From the IMG/VR virus record IMGVR_UViG_3300023176_003360: 64,000 nucleotides of DNA; one strand, given 5' to 3'. Shown one piece after another: positions 1 to 10,013 of this stretch. The position numbers were made by a program, and so were the translations under genes. Source of the DNA: an uncultured virus (IMG/VR IMGVR_UViG_3300023176_003360) (taxonomy: Duplodnaviria; Heunggongvirae; Uroviricota; Caudoviricetes). Positions within the stretch are counted from its first letter, which is position 1, and every line of letters begins with the position of its first letter. The notes under the pieces are model-generated. The model ran no database searches, was not told the DNA's origin, and saw nothing but the letters and a program-made list of their open reading frames with translations.

Positions 1-37
1 AGTGCTACTTAAAATTGCCATTGTCTATTACCCCCTA

Positions 38-1507
38 TTACCATTTTCTACATGACCAGTAACGTGCTTTATGCTTTGGACCTGGAGAGTCGCAATTATG
101 TCTTGCACGGAAACTTCTGCGTCTTGCCGGATTTGACTTTTTAATTTTCATATCCGGATCACCAAAGTTAACTTTAACTACATTACCCTTTGGATTCTTA
201 ACATACACTTTAAACTTCTTAACATCACCACGCATTGGTTTGTTTAGTTTTACTGTGCGTCCTTGATATTCTGCTTCTTCGATGTTTTCATCGTTTTCAC
301 CAATCCAACCAAATGCTTCGTAAAATTCATCACCATTTAGTGTAACATCATGTTGTCCTTGAAACCATTCTTCTTCTACAGTTTCTTCTTCTTTAACTTT
401 TTTCTTTTTCTTTGGATGACCGTGTTCTACTACTACACACTCTTTCATGTTAGCAACAGGAATGTTTCTAACAATAAACTGTGAACCATCTTCTCTTACA
501 AACTTGGCATCATAGTGTGATACTTCGCCCGACTCACTTAGTGTGTGTTCACCGTGTAGTACTTCACCTTCACCGAACTTTTCATGCTTAAATGATTTAA
601 CACATGAGTGATAAATGTTATCACCTTCGTCGACTGATTTTACTGTACCTTCACCAAAGTGACCTAATACTTTGTTAACTTCTTCTGCTTCTTCTTCACC
701 TAAGCCGCCCATGATATCAAATAGGTCATCCATAAAAGCATTTGTAATAGGGAATTCATCTGGGTTATCACGAACAACATCCATACCTAAGTCATAGCCG
801 GCTTGTTCACCGTGTTTTTTGACATAGTTGTCATATTCGCCTGTTTCGATTGAATCACTTGGAATGCCAGTATCCAATTGATATTCTAACCATCCTTCCG
901 GTAATGTGTCACCATTAACGCCGATGTATCTTTCATACTTGTTAGCCCATGCGTGAATTGCGGATTCTTTATCTGCTTCACCTGCTTCTTTTACAGGAGT
1001 TTCAAACTTTTTCCATGGAAGAGAACTTTCCATGCTGTCGTCTTCATCGTCTTTGTATTCTGATTGATCTGGATCTCTTTCAAGTGTCATGCCTTTTAGT
1101 GCTTTTTTGATAACAGCAATAGCAAGTTCTTTTTCTTCGTTGTTTAGAGCACTTAGCATGCCTGTGCCACCTGCGATTTTATCTGACATAGCACCAACGT
1201 GACCGCTTAGGTCCATTTGGGCATCGCTTGATGGTTTAATGCGTGAAGCAATTTCACCTAGTAATCTTGCTGGAGAGGTTTTTAATTCTGCTTGGAATAG
1301 GGCAAGTTTTACCTTAGGATCATTGATATCTTGACCTTTGAAATCTCTGTTGTTAGCACTGCTTTGTTTAATACCACTTGCTGTAGGTGGTGTAAACACT
1401 ATATCTTCTACGTGATTAATAGCGTCCGCAAATGCAAGCCTTTCTGGCTCTTTTTTAGCCTCTGAATTGATTGAATCAATCTTATTAATTAGTTCTCTGA
1501 AATCCAT
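38..1507 (-). CDS. Acidic modular protein, probable head/internal virion protein
   Basis: 489 aa. E-rich linkers and a basic C-terminal module (AEYQGRTVKLNKP...ARYWSCRKW) of a kind seen in T4-like aquatic phages. Upstream TAAATA and GGAG RBS. Confidence 0.55.
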   Translation of the reverse strand: MDFRELINKIDSINSEAKKEPERLAFADAINHVEDIVFTPPTASGIKQSSANNRDFKGQDINDPKVKLALFQAELKTSPARLLGEIASRIKPSSDAQMDLSGHVGAMSDKIAGGTGMLSALNNEEKELAIAVIKKALKGMTLERDPDQSEYKDDEDDSMESSLPWKKFETPVKEAGEADKESAIHAWANKYERYIGVNGDTLPEGWLEYQLDTGIPSDSIETGEYDNYVKKHGEQAGYDLGMDVVRDNPDEFPITNAFMDDLFDIMGGLGEEEAEEVNKVLGHFGEGTVKSVDEGDNIYHSCVKSFKHEKFGEGEVLHGEHTLSESGEVSHYDAKFVREDGSQFIVRNIPVANMKECVVVEHGHPKKKKKVKEEETVEEEWFQGQHDVTLNGDEFYEAFGWIGENDENIEEAEYQGRTVKLNKPMRGDVKKFKVYVKNPKGNVVKVNFGDPDMKIKKSNPARRRSFRARHNCDSPGPKHKARYWSCRKW

Positions 1508-1550
1508 AATTATACTCTCCTATGTGAGTATTTATTACAGAAAGCGTCTT

Positions 1551-1784
1551 TTAACGGTGCTGTTTGAATACTACTATTTCGGGTGCTTGTGCTGTGAATT
1601 CGTAACCAGCCATGTTGCCAACATACACTTTGCCAGTGTAATTCAGCCTTACACGCACTGTATTAATGGTTACGTCTATGTATTTCTTTTCTTGATATCC
1701 CCAAAGATCAGCATCTACTACTTTGTCGTTGTCTGTACATTTAACTTTAACTGTTTTAGGTAATTGTTCGCGATATTGTGACAT
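1551..1784 (-). CDS. Hypothetical protein
   Basis: 77 aa ORF with AGGAG RBS. Confidence 0.7.
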   Translation of the reverse strand: MSQYREQLPKTVKVKCTDNDKVVDADLWGYQEKKYIDVTINTVRVRLNYTGKVYVGNMAGYEFTAQAPEIVVFKQHR

Positions 1785-1800
1785 TTGAGGTTCTCCTGAT

Positions 1801-1827
1801 AAAAAGAAAGACCCCCGAAGGGGTCTT
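1801..1827 (-). terminator. Intrinsic terminator
   Basis: AAGACCCC/GGGGTCTT stem with UUCG loop and U-tract on the minus strand. Confidence 0.85.
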
Positions 1828-1842
1828 CCAGTGTGTTTTAAA

Positions 1843-2100
1843 TTATGCTACTTTTGAAGCAAGTGCTTTGTAACCTGCCGCGATAACTTTACGGCTTGGA
1901 GTACCTAAACGATACTTCTGAGTTACACGACCCTTAGTATCCTTGTGTGTGTTTAGGTAAATTGAGTAACCTGAAAAGCGTAGTGCTTGAATCACTGCCG
2001 CAGGGTTACCAGCACCAAAACGTGCTTTAATTTGCTTAGAAGTCAATGCTTGACCTTCTGTTAGTGCTGAAAGCACCTTTGATTGAATTGTGTTTGACAT
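1843..2100 (-). CDS. Small winged-helix DNA-binding protein
   Basis: 85 aa, basic, wHTH-like pattern. Has its own promoter, RBS and terminator. Confidence 0.6.
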   Translation of the reverse strand: MSNTIQSKVLSALTEGQALTSKQIKARFGAGNPAAVIQALRFSGYSIYLNTHKDTKGRVTQKYRLGTPSRKVIAAGYKALASKVA

Positions 2101-2152
2101 TATTTTCTCCTAGTTGTCTATGTAAAGACCATTTCCTTACATTCACTTGTAT

Positions 2153-2181
2153 ATAATACTATCTTAGAAATTGTTTGTCAA
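2153..2181 (-). promoter_or_regulatory. Sigma70-type promoter
   Basis: TTGACA-17 nt-TATTAT. Confidence 0.75.
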
Positions 2182-2205
2182 GTGTTCTTGACTATTAATG
2201 TTGCC

Positions 2206-2227
2206 AAAAAGGCCCCGAAGGGCCTTT
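2206..2227 (-). terminator. Intrinsic terminator
   Basis: AAAGGCCC/GGGCCTTT stem, UUCG loop, U-tract. Confidence 0.85.
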
Positions 2228-2239
2228 CTGAATACCAAA

Positions 2240-2551
2240 CTACGCCGCGTTGTTAATTACAGTTTTGTTTGTGTTTGATAAAAGATCAATTAAAGATTCT
2301 TTTAATGCTAATGAAGATTGTAAAGAACCTGTTCCTAACACTCTTACATTGAAATCATAACCAGCATCTACTAATTTTTTAGTAGCAGTTGGTCTAGACA
2401 TTTTTAAGTTAGCAAATTTAATTGCACCACCGTTAACTGCACCATCTACCATGTATGAGTTAGCAGGCTCTACGAATACACCAATTTTTGAACTTACGTT
2501 GCCTTTTGTAAATTCTCTAGTGTAAGTAACATATTGCTTAGTTCTAGCCAT
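2240..2551 (-). CDS. Hypothetical protein (start MARTKQ)
   Basis: AAGGAG RBS before the ATG at 2551. The longer ORF-track extension runs through promoter DNA. Confidence 0.7.
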   Translation of the reverse strand: MARTKQYVTYTREFTKGNVSSKIGVFVEPANSYMVDGAVNGGAIKFANLKMSRPTATKKLVDAGYDFNVRVLGTGSLQSSLALKESLIDLLSNTNKTVINNAA

Positions 2552-2671
2552 ATGATTAGTCTCCTTTGTTTTATTATTGTAAAAAAGTTTAAATATTTTT
2601 TTAAACATCTTAGTATTAATATACAACAGATACTTGTAAAAAGCAAGAGCAAATTTTACCAAAATAAATGG

Positions 2672-2700
2672 TTGACAAGAGTGGTAAAACCAACTATAAT
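2672..2700 (+). promoter_or_regulatory. Consensus sigma70 (early) promoter
   Basis: TTGACA-17 nt-TATAAT, perfect match. Confidence 0.9.
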
Positions 2701-2734
2701 ATACACAGTTAGTTAGAAAAGCGGAGAGCATTTT

Positions 2735-2914
2735 ATGGGTTACACAATTCTTCAACCAATTAACCGTGACAAGTATCAGGAACGAGCAGGACTCGAAGGT
2801 CCGTTCCAAACTATGGCAAATAAGGTAGTTTATTATGATCCACGTGAAGGTGCTTATTATGATCCGGATACTGACACGTATTTGACCTACGAAGAATGGA
2901 AGGAGTTAGGCTAA
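2735..2914 (+). CDS. Small hypothetical protein, 59 aa (MGYTILQPINRDKYQERAGLEGPF...)
   Basis: Below the ORF-track cutoff. GGAG RBS, follows the consensus promoter, TAATG overlap with the next gene. Confidence 0.8.
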   Translation: MGYTILQPINRDKYQERAGLEGPFQTMANKVVYYDPREGAYYDPDTDTYLTYEEWKELG

Positions 2915-3609
2915 TGGCTCGCAACACCAAAGAGATTCCAATTAAAGACGCACTCAATCTTGCGGTACAGGCTTACATTAAGAATGGCAGGTATCACAAA
3001 GAAGATCAATATGAGTATGTTGAAACGGATGAAGGCCCTACAGAGCGTATCACTGTAAAAGGTAACAAACATCTTATGCGTCAGGCATTTGAGCGTGACG
3101 AAATTGGATTAGATCCAAAATGCAATGATATGGTTGAAGATATCTATACCCACTATCAGGGATTGATTTTTAAGATTATGGCAAACAATGCCAGTGATTT
3201 TGCTAACAATGTGTATAAAGTTATCAGCAAAGAAACGGTAGGCATTCGTGACTTAGGATATCTTGCTCCGTTGCCTTCGCTTTACGAAGCAGAACTACAA
3301 CGTATTCAGTTTGTTGAAGGTATTGCTAATTCGCAATGGGTAGGCACTATTGGAGAAAAGTGTACGGTTCGTGCTACACTACATGAAGCACGTTACATTC
3401 GTTCACGTGATTTTCATGTGTATACATTTATTAGTGAAGGCGATTTGATCACACACTTTAGCCAAAAAGCAATAAACCAATGGCCAACTGTAGGTGTGCT
3501 ACGTGAAGGTGAAGAATACACTATTACGTTTAAAGTTAAACGTCACAGTACTAGTAGTTTTTATGATTGTAAAGATACAGTTGTAAATTATCTAAAGGTT
3601 AGCGACTAG
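2914..3609 (+). CDS. Hypothetical protein with possible C-terminal OB-fold
   Basis: Start MARNTK with AAGGAG RBS. Beta-rich C-terminus. Confidence 0.6.
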   Translation: MARNTKEIPIKDALNLAVQAYIKNGRYHKEDQYEYVETDEGPTERITVKGNKHLMRQAFERDEIGLDPKCNDMVEDIYTHYQGLIFKIMANNASDFANNVYKVISKETVGIRDLGYLAPLPSLYEAELQRIQFVEGIANSQWVGTIGEKCTVRATLHEARYIRSRDFHVYTFISEGDLITHFSQKAINQWPTVGVLREGEEYTITFKVKRHSTSSFYDCKDTVVNYLKVSD

Positions 3610-3886
3610 AGTCGTCACCACCGCTTACTTCAATTTCGTAATCACCTGGAATGGCAGATGCAATAGTGTTTGCCATTTCTTCTGCTGTAATATCATCTAA
3701 TTCATTGTTAAGTGCTACTTCGTAAACATAATGGCCTTCGTTTGTTTGATAACTTTCAAATACGATACCGCTTTCATCTTCATTTAAATGTGAGTCAATA
3801 GTACTTGCTACTGCACCAGCAAATGTTTTAATAAAGTTATCTGCTTGTGCTTCTTTAAAAATCATTCTTACAAAATGTTCGTTCAT
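3599..3886 (-). CDS. Hypothetical acidic protein
   Basis: 95 aa, translationally coupled to the upstream gene. Confidence 0.65.
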   Translation of the reverse strand: MNEHFVRMIFKEAQADNFIKTFAGAVASTIDSHLNEDESGIVFESYQTNEGHYVYEVALNNELDDITAEEMANTIASAIPGDYEIEVSGGDDSSR

Positions 3887-4269
3887 TAGTAGTTTACCTT
3901 AATTGAATTAATGCGTCCATTTGTGTATGTTGCTACTGCTCTAAGCCATACAAAGTTACCTGTAAAGTTAGCAACAAAGTCTGTATCAGTATCAGGACTT
4001 GTTGTGTATGTAGTTCCAGTGATATCAAACCAATCTGCTGACGCAGGCGAAGTGGCTAACGAAGCCTGCATTTTGATCTCTCCTGAAAAATCTGTGATAG
4101 AATAATGTACGGTATGCAGTCCATCTCCGCCTTTATAATACCCATCACCTTTAACTTTATCTGTGGTTAGTACAGTCTGTGTACTATCCGCTTCTGGTGA
4201 TTGTGCTACGGCCGTGATTGCAGTCCCGTCTTGATCTATGAATTGTAATGTTGTACTGTTCGCTGGCAT
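3886..4269 (-). CDS. Hypothetical beta-rich, possibly structural protein
   Basis: 127 aa. TAAATA-N5-ATG start. Confidence 0.65.
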   Translation of the reverse strand: MPANSTTLQFIDQDGTAITAVAQSPEADSTQTVLTTDKVKGDGYYKGGDGLHTVHYSITDFSGEIKMQASLATSPASADWFDITGTTYTTSPDTDTDFVANFTGNFVWLRAVATYTNGRINSIKVNY

Positions 4270-4280
4270 ACTGTTATTTA

Positions 4281-4559
4281 TTAAATTTTGATTTTATATG
4301 CTTTTGCCATTCTAGCAATATCCATGCCTTCAATATCATGAATATCGCTTAATTTAACTTTGTATTCATGATCTCTACCAGCATAGTCACGTTCCCATGC
4401 AACAATTCCGTTTTCGTCTGCGATTGTTACACTAACGTTTTTGGGTACCTCAACAACTTGACCACCAATGCCGTTTGCACGTACTGTTGCATTAATTGTT
4501 GTTCCTTCTTTAACAATTTTACGTTTAATCATTTCTCTTAGTAGTTTAGTGCTGTTCAT
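4281..4559 (-). CDS. Hypothetical protein
   Basis: 92 aa, overlaps the upstream gene. Confidence 0.65.
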   Translation of the reverse strand: MNSTKLLREMIKRKIVKEGTTINATVRANGIGGQVVEVPKNVSVTIADENGIVAWERDYAGRDHEYKVKLSDIHDIEGMDIARMAKAYKIKI

Positions 4560-5298
4560 CTAGTTCTGCCTCCGTTATGTATTCTTGTATGTTTCTAATT
4601 GCTTCGCCTAAATACAGTTGTAATAATAACATCATTTCTGAATTTGTCGAGTATAAAAATTTTCCATCTGAATAATAATATCCCCGTTTTATACCATCGA
4701 TTAAACTACTAGATGCTTTTAGTTCACCTTTGTAGTTCTTAATCCAATCACCAAATCCTTGTTGCTTAACAACGTTTCCCTTAAGATTAATCTTGTATCG
4801 ATATTTGTCGTATGGCAATCTTTGACATATTATATTATTTGGATTTTCGTCAAAATACCTTTCATGTCGATCATTTTTAGGCCAAATTATTTCACTAATT
4901 TGATTTTTAAACGTACCGCAAAAATTTTCCCATAGATCTTTATCATTGGTGAAAAAAGCAAGTTTATCGCCTTCGTTACGAATTTTATGATGTTTGGTAT
5001 CATAGTTTTCGTTAATCCAATTAAACAGTTTATACAACGTAAATCTGTTATCCCAAACACGCTTATGTTGTTTTTGTTTATAGTCGGATAAACTACCTAA
5101 ACTAAACTTGCTATATCCATATGATAAAGGACTAGTAATACCAGACCATTGCTCTCGCGATTCTGCATTAAACAAACGCTCGATATCTTTTCTGCTGGCG
5201 TATCTAATAAAACTAGTTTGTGGAGTTGTAACTACTGCTTTATATTTGTATTTTTTAAAGAATAGTTTACTCGTGTGTTGCATCTTCAACTTCGGCAT
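4546..5298 (-). CDS. Hypothetical protein
   Basis: 250 aa ORF downstream of clpA. Confidence 0.65.
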   Translation of the reverse strand: MPKLKMQHTSKLFFKKYKYKAVVTTPQTSFIRYASRKDIERLFNAESREQWSGITSPLSYGYSKFSLGSLSDYKQKQHKRVWDNRFTLYKLFNWINENYDTKHHKIRNEGDKLAFFTNDKDLWENFCGTFKNQISEIIWPKNDRHERYFDENPNNIICQRLPYDKYRYKINLKGNVVKQQGFGDWIKNYKGELKASSSLIDGIKRGYYYSDGKFLYSTNSEMMLLLQLYLGEAIRNIQEYITEAELDEQH

Positions 5299-7537
5299 CC
5301 TTCTCTGCTGGCATAAATTCCTTTATGTCTAACTTGATTTCCTCGCCGTTTAAGTCTACAGTTACATGACCGCCATTAACAAGTTTACCAAATAATACTT
5401 CTCTTGACATTGGTTTTTTGATTTTTTCATCAATAACTCTTTGTAATGGTCTTGCTCCCATCTTTCTGTTGAATCCTTTTTTAACTAAAAATTCTTTAAC
5501 TGCATCTGTAAGTTCAATTAAGATACCCTTATCTGCAATCATATCGTTAACTTCTTTAACAAATTTGTCTACAATTAACAACATAGTAGATTTTTCTAGT
5601 TTGTCAAACTTGATAATACCATCTAATCTGTTACGGAATTCTGGAGCAAAGAAGTTGTTTACTGCTGTGTCATCTTCACCTTCTCTTTCAATATTACCAA
5701 ATCCGATTCCGTTTGATTCCATTTCTCTAGCACCAAGGTTACTTGTCATAATAACAATAGCATTACGAGCATCTGCTTTCTTACCATTGCTACCTGTAAC
5801 AAATCCGTTATCCATAAGTCCTAGCAATACATTAGAAACATCTCTATGTGCTTTTTCAATTTCGTCTAATAGTAAAATACAGTTAGGATGTTCTTGTAGT
5901 TTAGTAATAAGTTGACCAGCGTCTTCTTCAAAGCCTACATAGCCTGGAGGAGCACCAATAAACTTAGCAACAGAATGTTTTTCTTGGAATTCACTCATAT
6001 CAAAACGCACAAGTTCAACACCCATTTCTTGTGATAGAACTTTTGCTGTTTCTGTTTTACCACAACCAGTAGGCCCAACAAACAAGAACGAGCCGACAGG
6101 CTTGTTAAGCGATTTTAATCCTGCTTGGGCAATAAAGATCTTATCTAGCAAGTTATCAATTGCTTCGTTTTGACCAAATACACGTTCTTTCATTCCGCCT
6201 TCAAGATCTTTAAGCGTTTCTGTTTCTTTGGCCGCAATTTGTTCTAAAGGTAGGTTGGTCATTTTAGATACTTCAAAAACAATTTCGTCGTGATCTACAA
6301 TGCCGTTCTTTTCATCCTTAACTTTAAATCTAGCACCTGCACGGTCAATAATATCAATTGCTTTGTCAGGAAGTTTTTTATCTGCCATGTATTTTTCTGA
6401 ATACTTAACAGCGTTTTCGATTGCTTTATCCGTAATAGTAATACCATGATGTGCTTCGTAATATTTTTTAAGTCCATGTAAAATATCTACAGTAACTTCT
6501 GCTGTTGGCTCATCGACTGTTACCCGTTGGAATCGACGCATAAGAGCACGATCCTTTTCAAAGTGTTTGCGATATTCTTCCCATGTAGTTGAAGCAACAA
6601 CTTTAATTGTGCCTTTGCCTAGTGCAGGCTTTAACATATTAGCCATGTCGTTTGACTGTCCACTACCACCAGCACCAGCACCGTTCATCATGTGTGCTTC
6701 ATCAATAAACAGAATTGCTTTTTCTTTTTTCTCTAGTGCGTGGATAACCATTTTAAGGCGTTCTTCAAAGTCACCTCTGTATTTGCTACCTGCTACTAGA
6801 GCACCAATGTCTAATGAATAAACTGTGCTACCCTTGATAAACTCTGGTACATTATCATTTGCAATTTCAACCGCAAGTCCTTCAGCAATAGCAGTTTTAC
6901 CTACGCCAGGATCACCAACCAACATTACATTGGCTTTTTGTCTACGTGCTAGGATAAGCACAGTTTCTTCAATTTCATTAGCACGACCAATCACTGGATC
7001 AATCTTGCCACGTTTTGCTTTAATGGAAAGGTTACTACAAAATGCTGAAATAATTTTTTCTAATTGACTTGAATTATATTGTTCGCTAGCCGCTTCGCCT
7101 ACTATCTGCTCTGCCTCAATAAAATTACTAAATTTTTCTGAATCAATACCGTGCTTACGCATACAAAATGCCGCAAATGATTTCTTTTCTTTTAGTAATG
7201 AAAGGAACACATCTGTTGGTTCGATTGTTGTGCGACCACTGAATAATGTTTGCGTAAACGCTCTGTTAAGCATACGTTCTAGTGCTTGTGTTTTTTTAGG
7301 ACGACCTCTTAGATTTGGAACAACTATATCTTGTAATTTGTCACCAATATATTGTGTAAGGTCTTTTTTGATAGCAGTTAGATCAACACCAAACTCATCT
7401 AAAGTTTTTGCAAATCCTTCATCTTGCACTAATGCCATTGCAAAGTGTTCAATGGTAACATATTCGTGCTTGGCAGTTGTTGCCTGCTTAATTGCTTCTT
7501 CAAAAATGCCTTCTAGTTGTTCGTTTGGTTCAAGCAT
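5267..7537 (-). CDS. clpA: ATP-dependent Clp protease ATPase subunit ClpA
   Basis: Clp N-domain, two AAA+ modules (GDPGVGKT, GPTGCGKT), pore loops KYRG and GYVG, ClpP-docking IGF loop (GIGFG). Confidence 0.95.
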   Translation of the reverse strand: MLEPNEQLEGIFEEAIKQATTAKHEYVTIEHFAMALVQDEGFAKTLDEFGVDLTAIKKDLTQYIGDKLQDIVVPNLRGRPKKTQALERMLNRAFTQTLFSGRTTIEPTDVFLSLLKEKKSFAAFCMRKHGIDSEKFSNFIEAEQIVGEAASEQYNSSQLEKIISAFCSNLSIKAKRGKIDPVIGRANEIEETVLILARRQKANVMLVGDPGVGKTAIAEGLAVEIANDNVPEFIKGSTVYSLDIGALVAGSKYRGDFEERLKMVIHALEKKEKAILFIDEAHMMNGAGAGGSGQSNDMANMLKPALGKGTIKVVASTTWEEYRKHFEKDRALMRRFQRVTVDEPTAEVTVDILHGLKKYYEAHHGITITDKAIENAVKYSEKYMADKKLPDKAIDIIDRAGARFKVKDEKNGIVDHDEIVFEVSKMTNLPLEQIAAKETETLKDLEGGMKERVFGQNEAIDNLLDKIFIAQAGLKSLNKPVGSFLFVGPTGCGKTETAKVLSQEMGVELVRFDMSEFQEKHSVAKFIGAPPGYVGFEEDAGQLITKLQEHPNCILLLDEIEKAHRDVSNVLLGLMDNGFVTGSNGKKADARNAIVIMTSNLGAREMESNGIGFGNIEREGEDDTAVNNFFAPEFRNRLDGIIKFDKLEKSTMLLIVDKFVKEVNDMIADKGILIELTDAVKEFLVKKGFNRKMGARPLQRVIDEKIKKPMSREVLFGKLVNGGHVTVDLNGEEIKLDIKEFMPAEKDAEVEDATHE

Positions 7538-8045
7538 GTACTAGTCCTTTTTTATTTTGTTTGTGTGCTCTTTTAACAGCCATATCCCATTTCATTTTTG
7601 AAACACGATCTTTGTATACTATACCGTTTAAGTGATCTGATTCATGTAGATAACAACGTGCATCATATCCTTCAATTTTACCTACTTGTTTTTCACCATT
7701 TTCATCAAAAAATTCTGCAACAATCCAACTAGGTCTATTAATTTTTACAAACACTCCCGGAAAACTTAAACAACCTTCCCAATCAAGAATCATATCTGTA
7801 CTTGCATCTAATACGGTAGGGTTAATAAAAATTTGTGCTTTATCCTTATATTGAAAAGATCCCATCGTAAATGCCGCAGTTTCAATACCAACTTGACATG
7901 CACTAAGACCTACACCATTTCCTGCAAACTGTGCTTCAAGCATTTTTTCTTTAAGTTCTTTAGGATCCATTACTGGATTTTCAAAATCAAATGCTGGCAT
8001 TGATTTATCTAAAATTTCTGCTGGGTATTTTACAATTTCTAACAT
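7530..8045 (-). CDS. def: Peptide deformylase
   Basis: Motifs GVGLSACQ, EGCLS, HESDH. Confidence 0.95.
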   Translation of the reverse strand: MLEIVKYPAEILDKSMPAFDFENPVMDPKELKEKMLEAQFAGNGVGLSACQVGIETAAFTMGSFQYKDKAQIFINPTVLDASTDMILDWEGCLSFPGVFVKINRPSWIVAEFFDENGEKQVGKIEGYDARCYLHESDHLNGIVYKDRVSKMKWDMAVKRAHKQNKKGLVHA

Positions 8046-8054
8046 AATATATAC

Positions 8055-8936
8055 TTATACATCCTTTCTAGTGTTTGTCAAGATTCTTGCTTGCTCAATT
8101 AGGTTTTTATGATTATCATTTATATTTTTAGGAACATTCCCTTTAATAGTTACATACATTGTACCCACTCCGGGAGCATTTATGATTGGCATACCATGCC
8201 CTTTCATACTGAATGTTGTTCCAGGTTGTGTTCCTGCAGGTATGGTTAACATAAAATTCTTGCTAAGTGTTTGAACTTCTATTTTATTTCCCAAAATTAA
8301 ATCGTAAACTGAAACATTTAGATCTTGATACAAATCACATCCATCTCTTTTAAAAATTGGATGCTTTTGAATTTTACAGGTAATCATAATATCACCTGGC
8401 GGAATTGTTCTAATGCTGTCGTCTCCTAAACCACTAAGTCTAATAGTCATACCGTCTTCTATTCCTGCTGGAATCTGTGTATCTATTGTTTGTTTTCTGC
8501 CACTAGGTAACGGAATTTCAAGCATTAAGGCTTTGCCTTTGTATGCTTCTTCTAATGTTAATGTGTAGTTTAGATTTAGTGTTTTATTTCTTTGTTGTGT
8601 GCGTTGTGCTCTACGTCCAAAGATATCTGAGAAACCACTGTGCTGACCAAACATGTCAGCCATAATGTCATCAAAGCCATAACCAAACTGTGAGCCAAAT
8701 TGTTCTCCGTTTCTAAAATCAAAACCACTACCACCGGCATTGTTTTGACCGTAGTTGTCGTAGTATGCTCTTTTCTGTGGATCGTTTAATGTTTCGTATG
8801 CTTCTTTTATCTCTACAAACTTCTTATGATCGCCGCCTTTGTCAGGATGGTGCTTGGCCGCCAATTTACGAAAGGCGGTTTTAATTTCCTTTTCGTTTGC
8901 GTCGCGAGAGATACCTAAAACGTCATAGTAGTTCAT
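8055..8936 (-). CDS. dnaJ: DnaJ/CbpA-type co-chaperone
   Basis: J-domain with HPD, G/F-rich region, C-terminal domains, no zinc finger. Confidence 0.92.
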   Translation of the reverse strand: MNYYDVLGISRDANEKEIKTAFRKLAAKHHPDKGGDHKKFVEIKEAYETLNDPQKRAYYDNYGQNNAGGSGFDFRNGEQFGSQFGYGFDDIMADMFGQHSGFSDIFGRRAQRTQQRNKTLNLNYTLTLEEAYKGKALMLEIPLPSGRKQTIDTQIPAGIEDGMTIRLSGLGDDSIRTIPPGDIMITCKIQKHPIFKRDGCDLYQDLNVSVYDLILGNKIEVQTLSKNFMLTIPAGTQPGTTFSMKGHGMPIINAPGVGTMYVTIKGNVPKNINDNHKNLIEQARILTNTRKDV

Positions 8937-8943
8937 AGTGTTA

Positions 8944-8972
8944 ATTATACGACAGAATTAGGTTTCTGTCAA
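8944..8972 (-). promoter_or_regulatory. Consensus sigma70 promoter with overlapping palindrome; leaderless dnaJ
   Basis: TTGACA-17 nt-TATAAT, 7 nt before the ATG. GACAGAA-N6-TTCTGTC inverted repeat spans the spacer. Confidence 0.8.
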
Positions 8973-8975
8973 TTA

Positions 8976-9320
8976 CTATTTCTTCTTGTCAGAGTAAGCG
9001 TTTGCACCAAAATAGGCCGCTACCAAACCAGCAATAGCAACAAAATAAGTTGGAGCAATATCTCCAATAATGCCTGCGGCTTTTTCCTGTCCTATAAATG
9101 ATGTAAACAAAATAAGAATTGGATATAATAACATTCCGCCTAATGAGAACCAAGTCATCATTCTCATAGCATCACGACGAGCATCGGCATCTTCTAAAGC
9201 CTTGCGTCTAAATTCTAATTCCATTTCATATTCTTCTTTGGTGATATGTCCGTCACCATTGGCATCAGCCGCGGCAACTTCTGCGTCAACTGTTACTGTT
9301 TTCTTTGCTTCATCGCTCAT
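8976..9320 (-). CDS. Holin-like membrane protein with EF-hand
   Basis: DANGDGHITKEE loop followed by 2 TM helices. Lies in the lysis cassette. Confidence 0.6.
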   Translation of the reverse strand: MSDEAKKTVTVDAEVAAADANGDGHITKEEYEMELEFRRKALEDADARRDAMRMMTWFSLGGMLLYPILILFTSFIGQEKAAGIIGDIAPTYFVAIAGLVAAYFGANAYSDKKK

Positions 9321-9601
9321 TTAGATTTCCCCTCTAGTTTATTAAGACGTTGCTCGATTTCGTCTATTTTAGCAGTTATTTTGGGATATTTTGTACGCCA
9401 CGCATTTGGGTCATTTTGTAACCAAGTCCAACCCCAACGTATTGCTAGATATTCTAGTGTGCGATCAAACTTGCCCACTGCCCATATTGCCATTTTTGTA
9501 TCTTTAAACCAAAACAAAAACGCGGCGCCAAATAGCGAACCAGCAATACCTGTGTAAATCCACAGCCTATCGCTAGCCATATTTTGTATCATTTCCCACA
9601 T
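9317..9601 (-). CDS. Membrane protein (possible lysis regulator)
   Basis: N-terminal TM helix and C-terminal coiled coil. Confidence 0.55.
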   Translation of the reverse strand: MWEMIQNMASDRLWIYTGIAGSLFGAAFLFWFKDTKMAIWAVGKFDRTLEYLAIRWGWTWLQNDPNAWRTKYPKITAKIDEIEQRLNKLEGKSK

Positions 9602-9626
9602 AACTTCGCTCCTATTATGTGAGTAT

Positions 9627-10013
9627 TTATTCTGGTTTGGTTGTTTTTTCTTCTGGCTTTACTGCTTCTTCGTAGTACAGTATAATTTGCTTTTGCTGTT
9701 CTATATAGCGTCTTAATTCAGCAAAGTTTAGTGAAAGGTTTTCATAGTCCTTTATAGAGATTGCAATATAAGCATCTGCGCCATTTTTTGCTTCAAACTC
9801 TTTAACAAACTCGTCATAGTTTTCTTTTGAGACCACATAGATCTTAACATCATTTAACTGAACCTGTTTAGGGTGAGCAACAATTGGTACAGTTGTTTTT
9901 ACTGTATTAGTTACTGTTACTATCTTTGGTTCCGGAGTCAGTAGACTGCACCCTGTCGTTAGCATTAGGGTTAGTGATAGACTCAAGATCATCCCATAGT
10001 TTATTAGTCGCAT
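9627..10013 (-). CDS. o-spanin-like lipoprotein
   Basis: Lipobox LTTGC. Overlaps the 3' end of the i-spanin. Confidence 0.75.
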   Translation of the reverse strand: MRLINYGMILSLSLTLMLTTGCSLLTPEPKIVTVTNTVKTTVPIVAHPKQVQLNDVKIYVVSKENYDEFVKEFEAKNGADAYIAISIKDYENLSLNFAELRRYIEQQKQIILYYEEAVKPEEKTTKPE

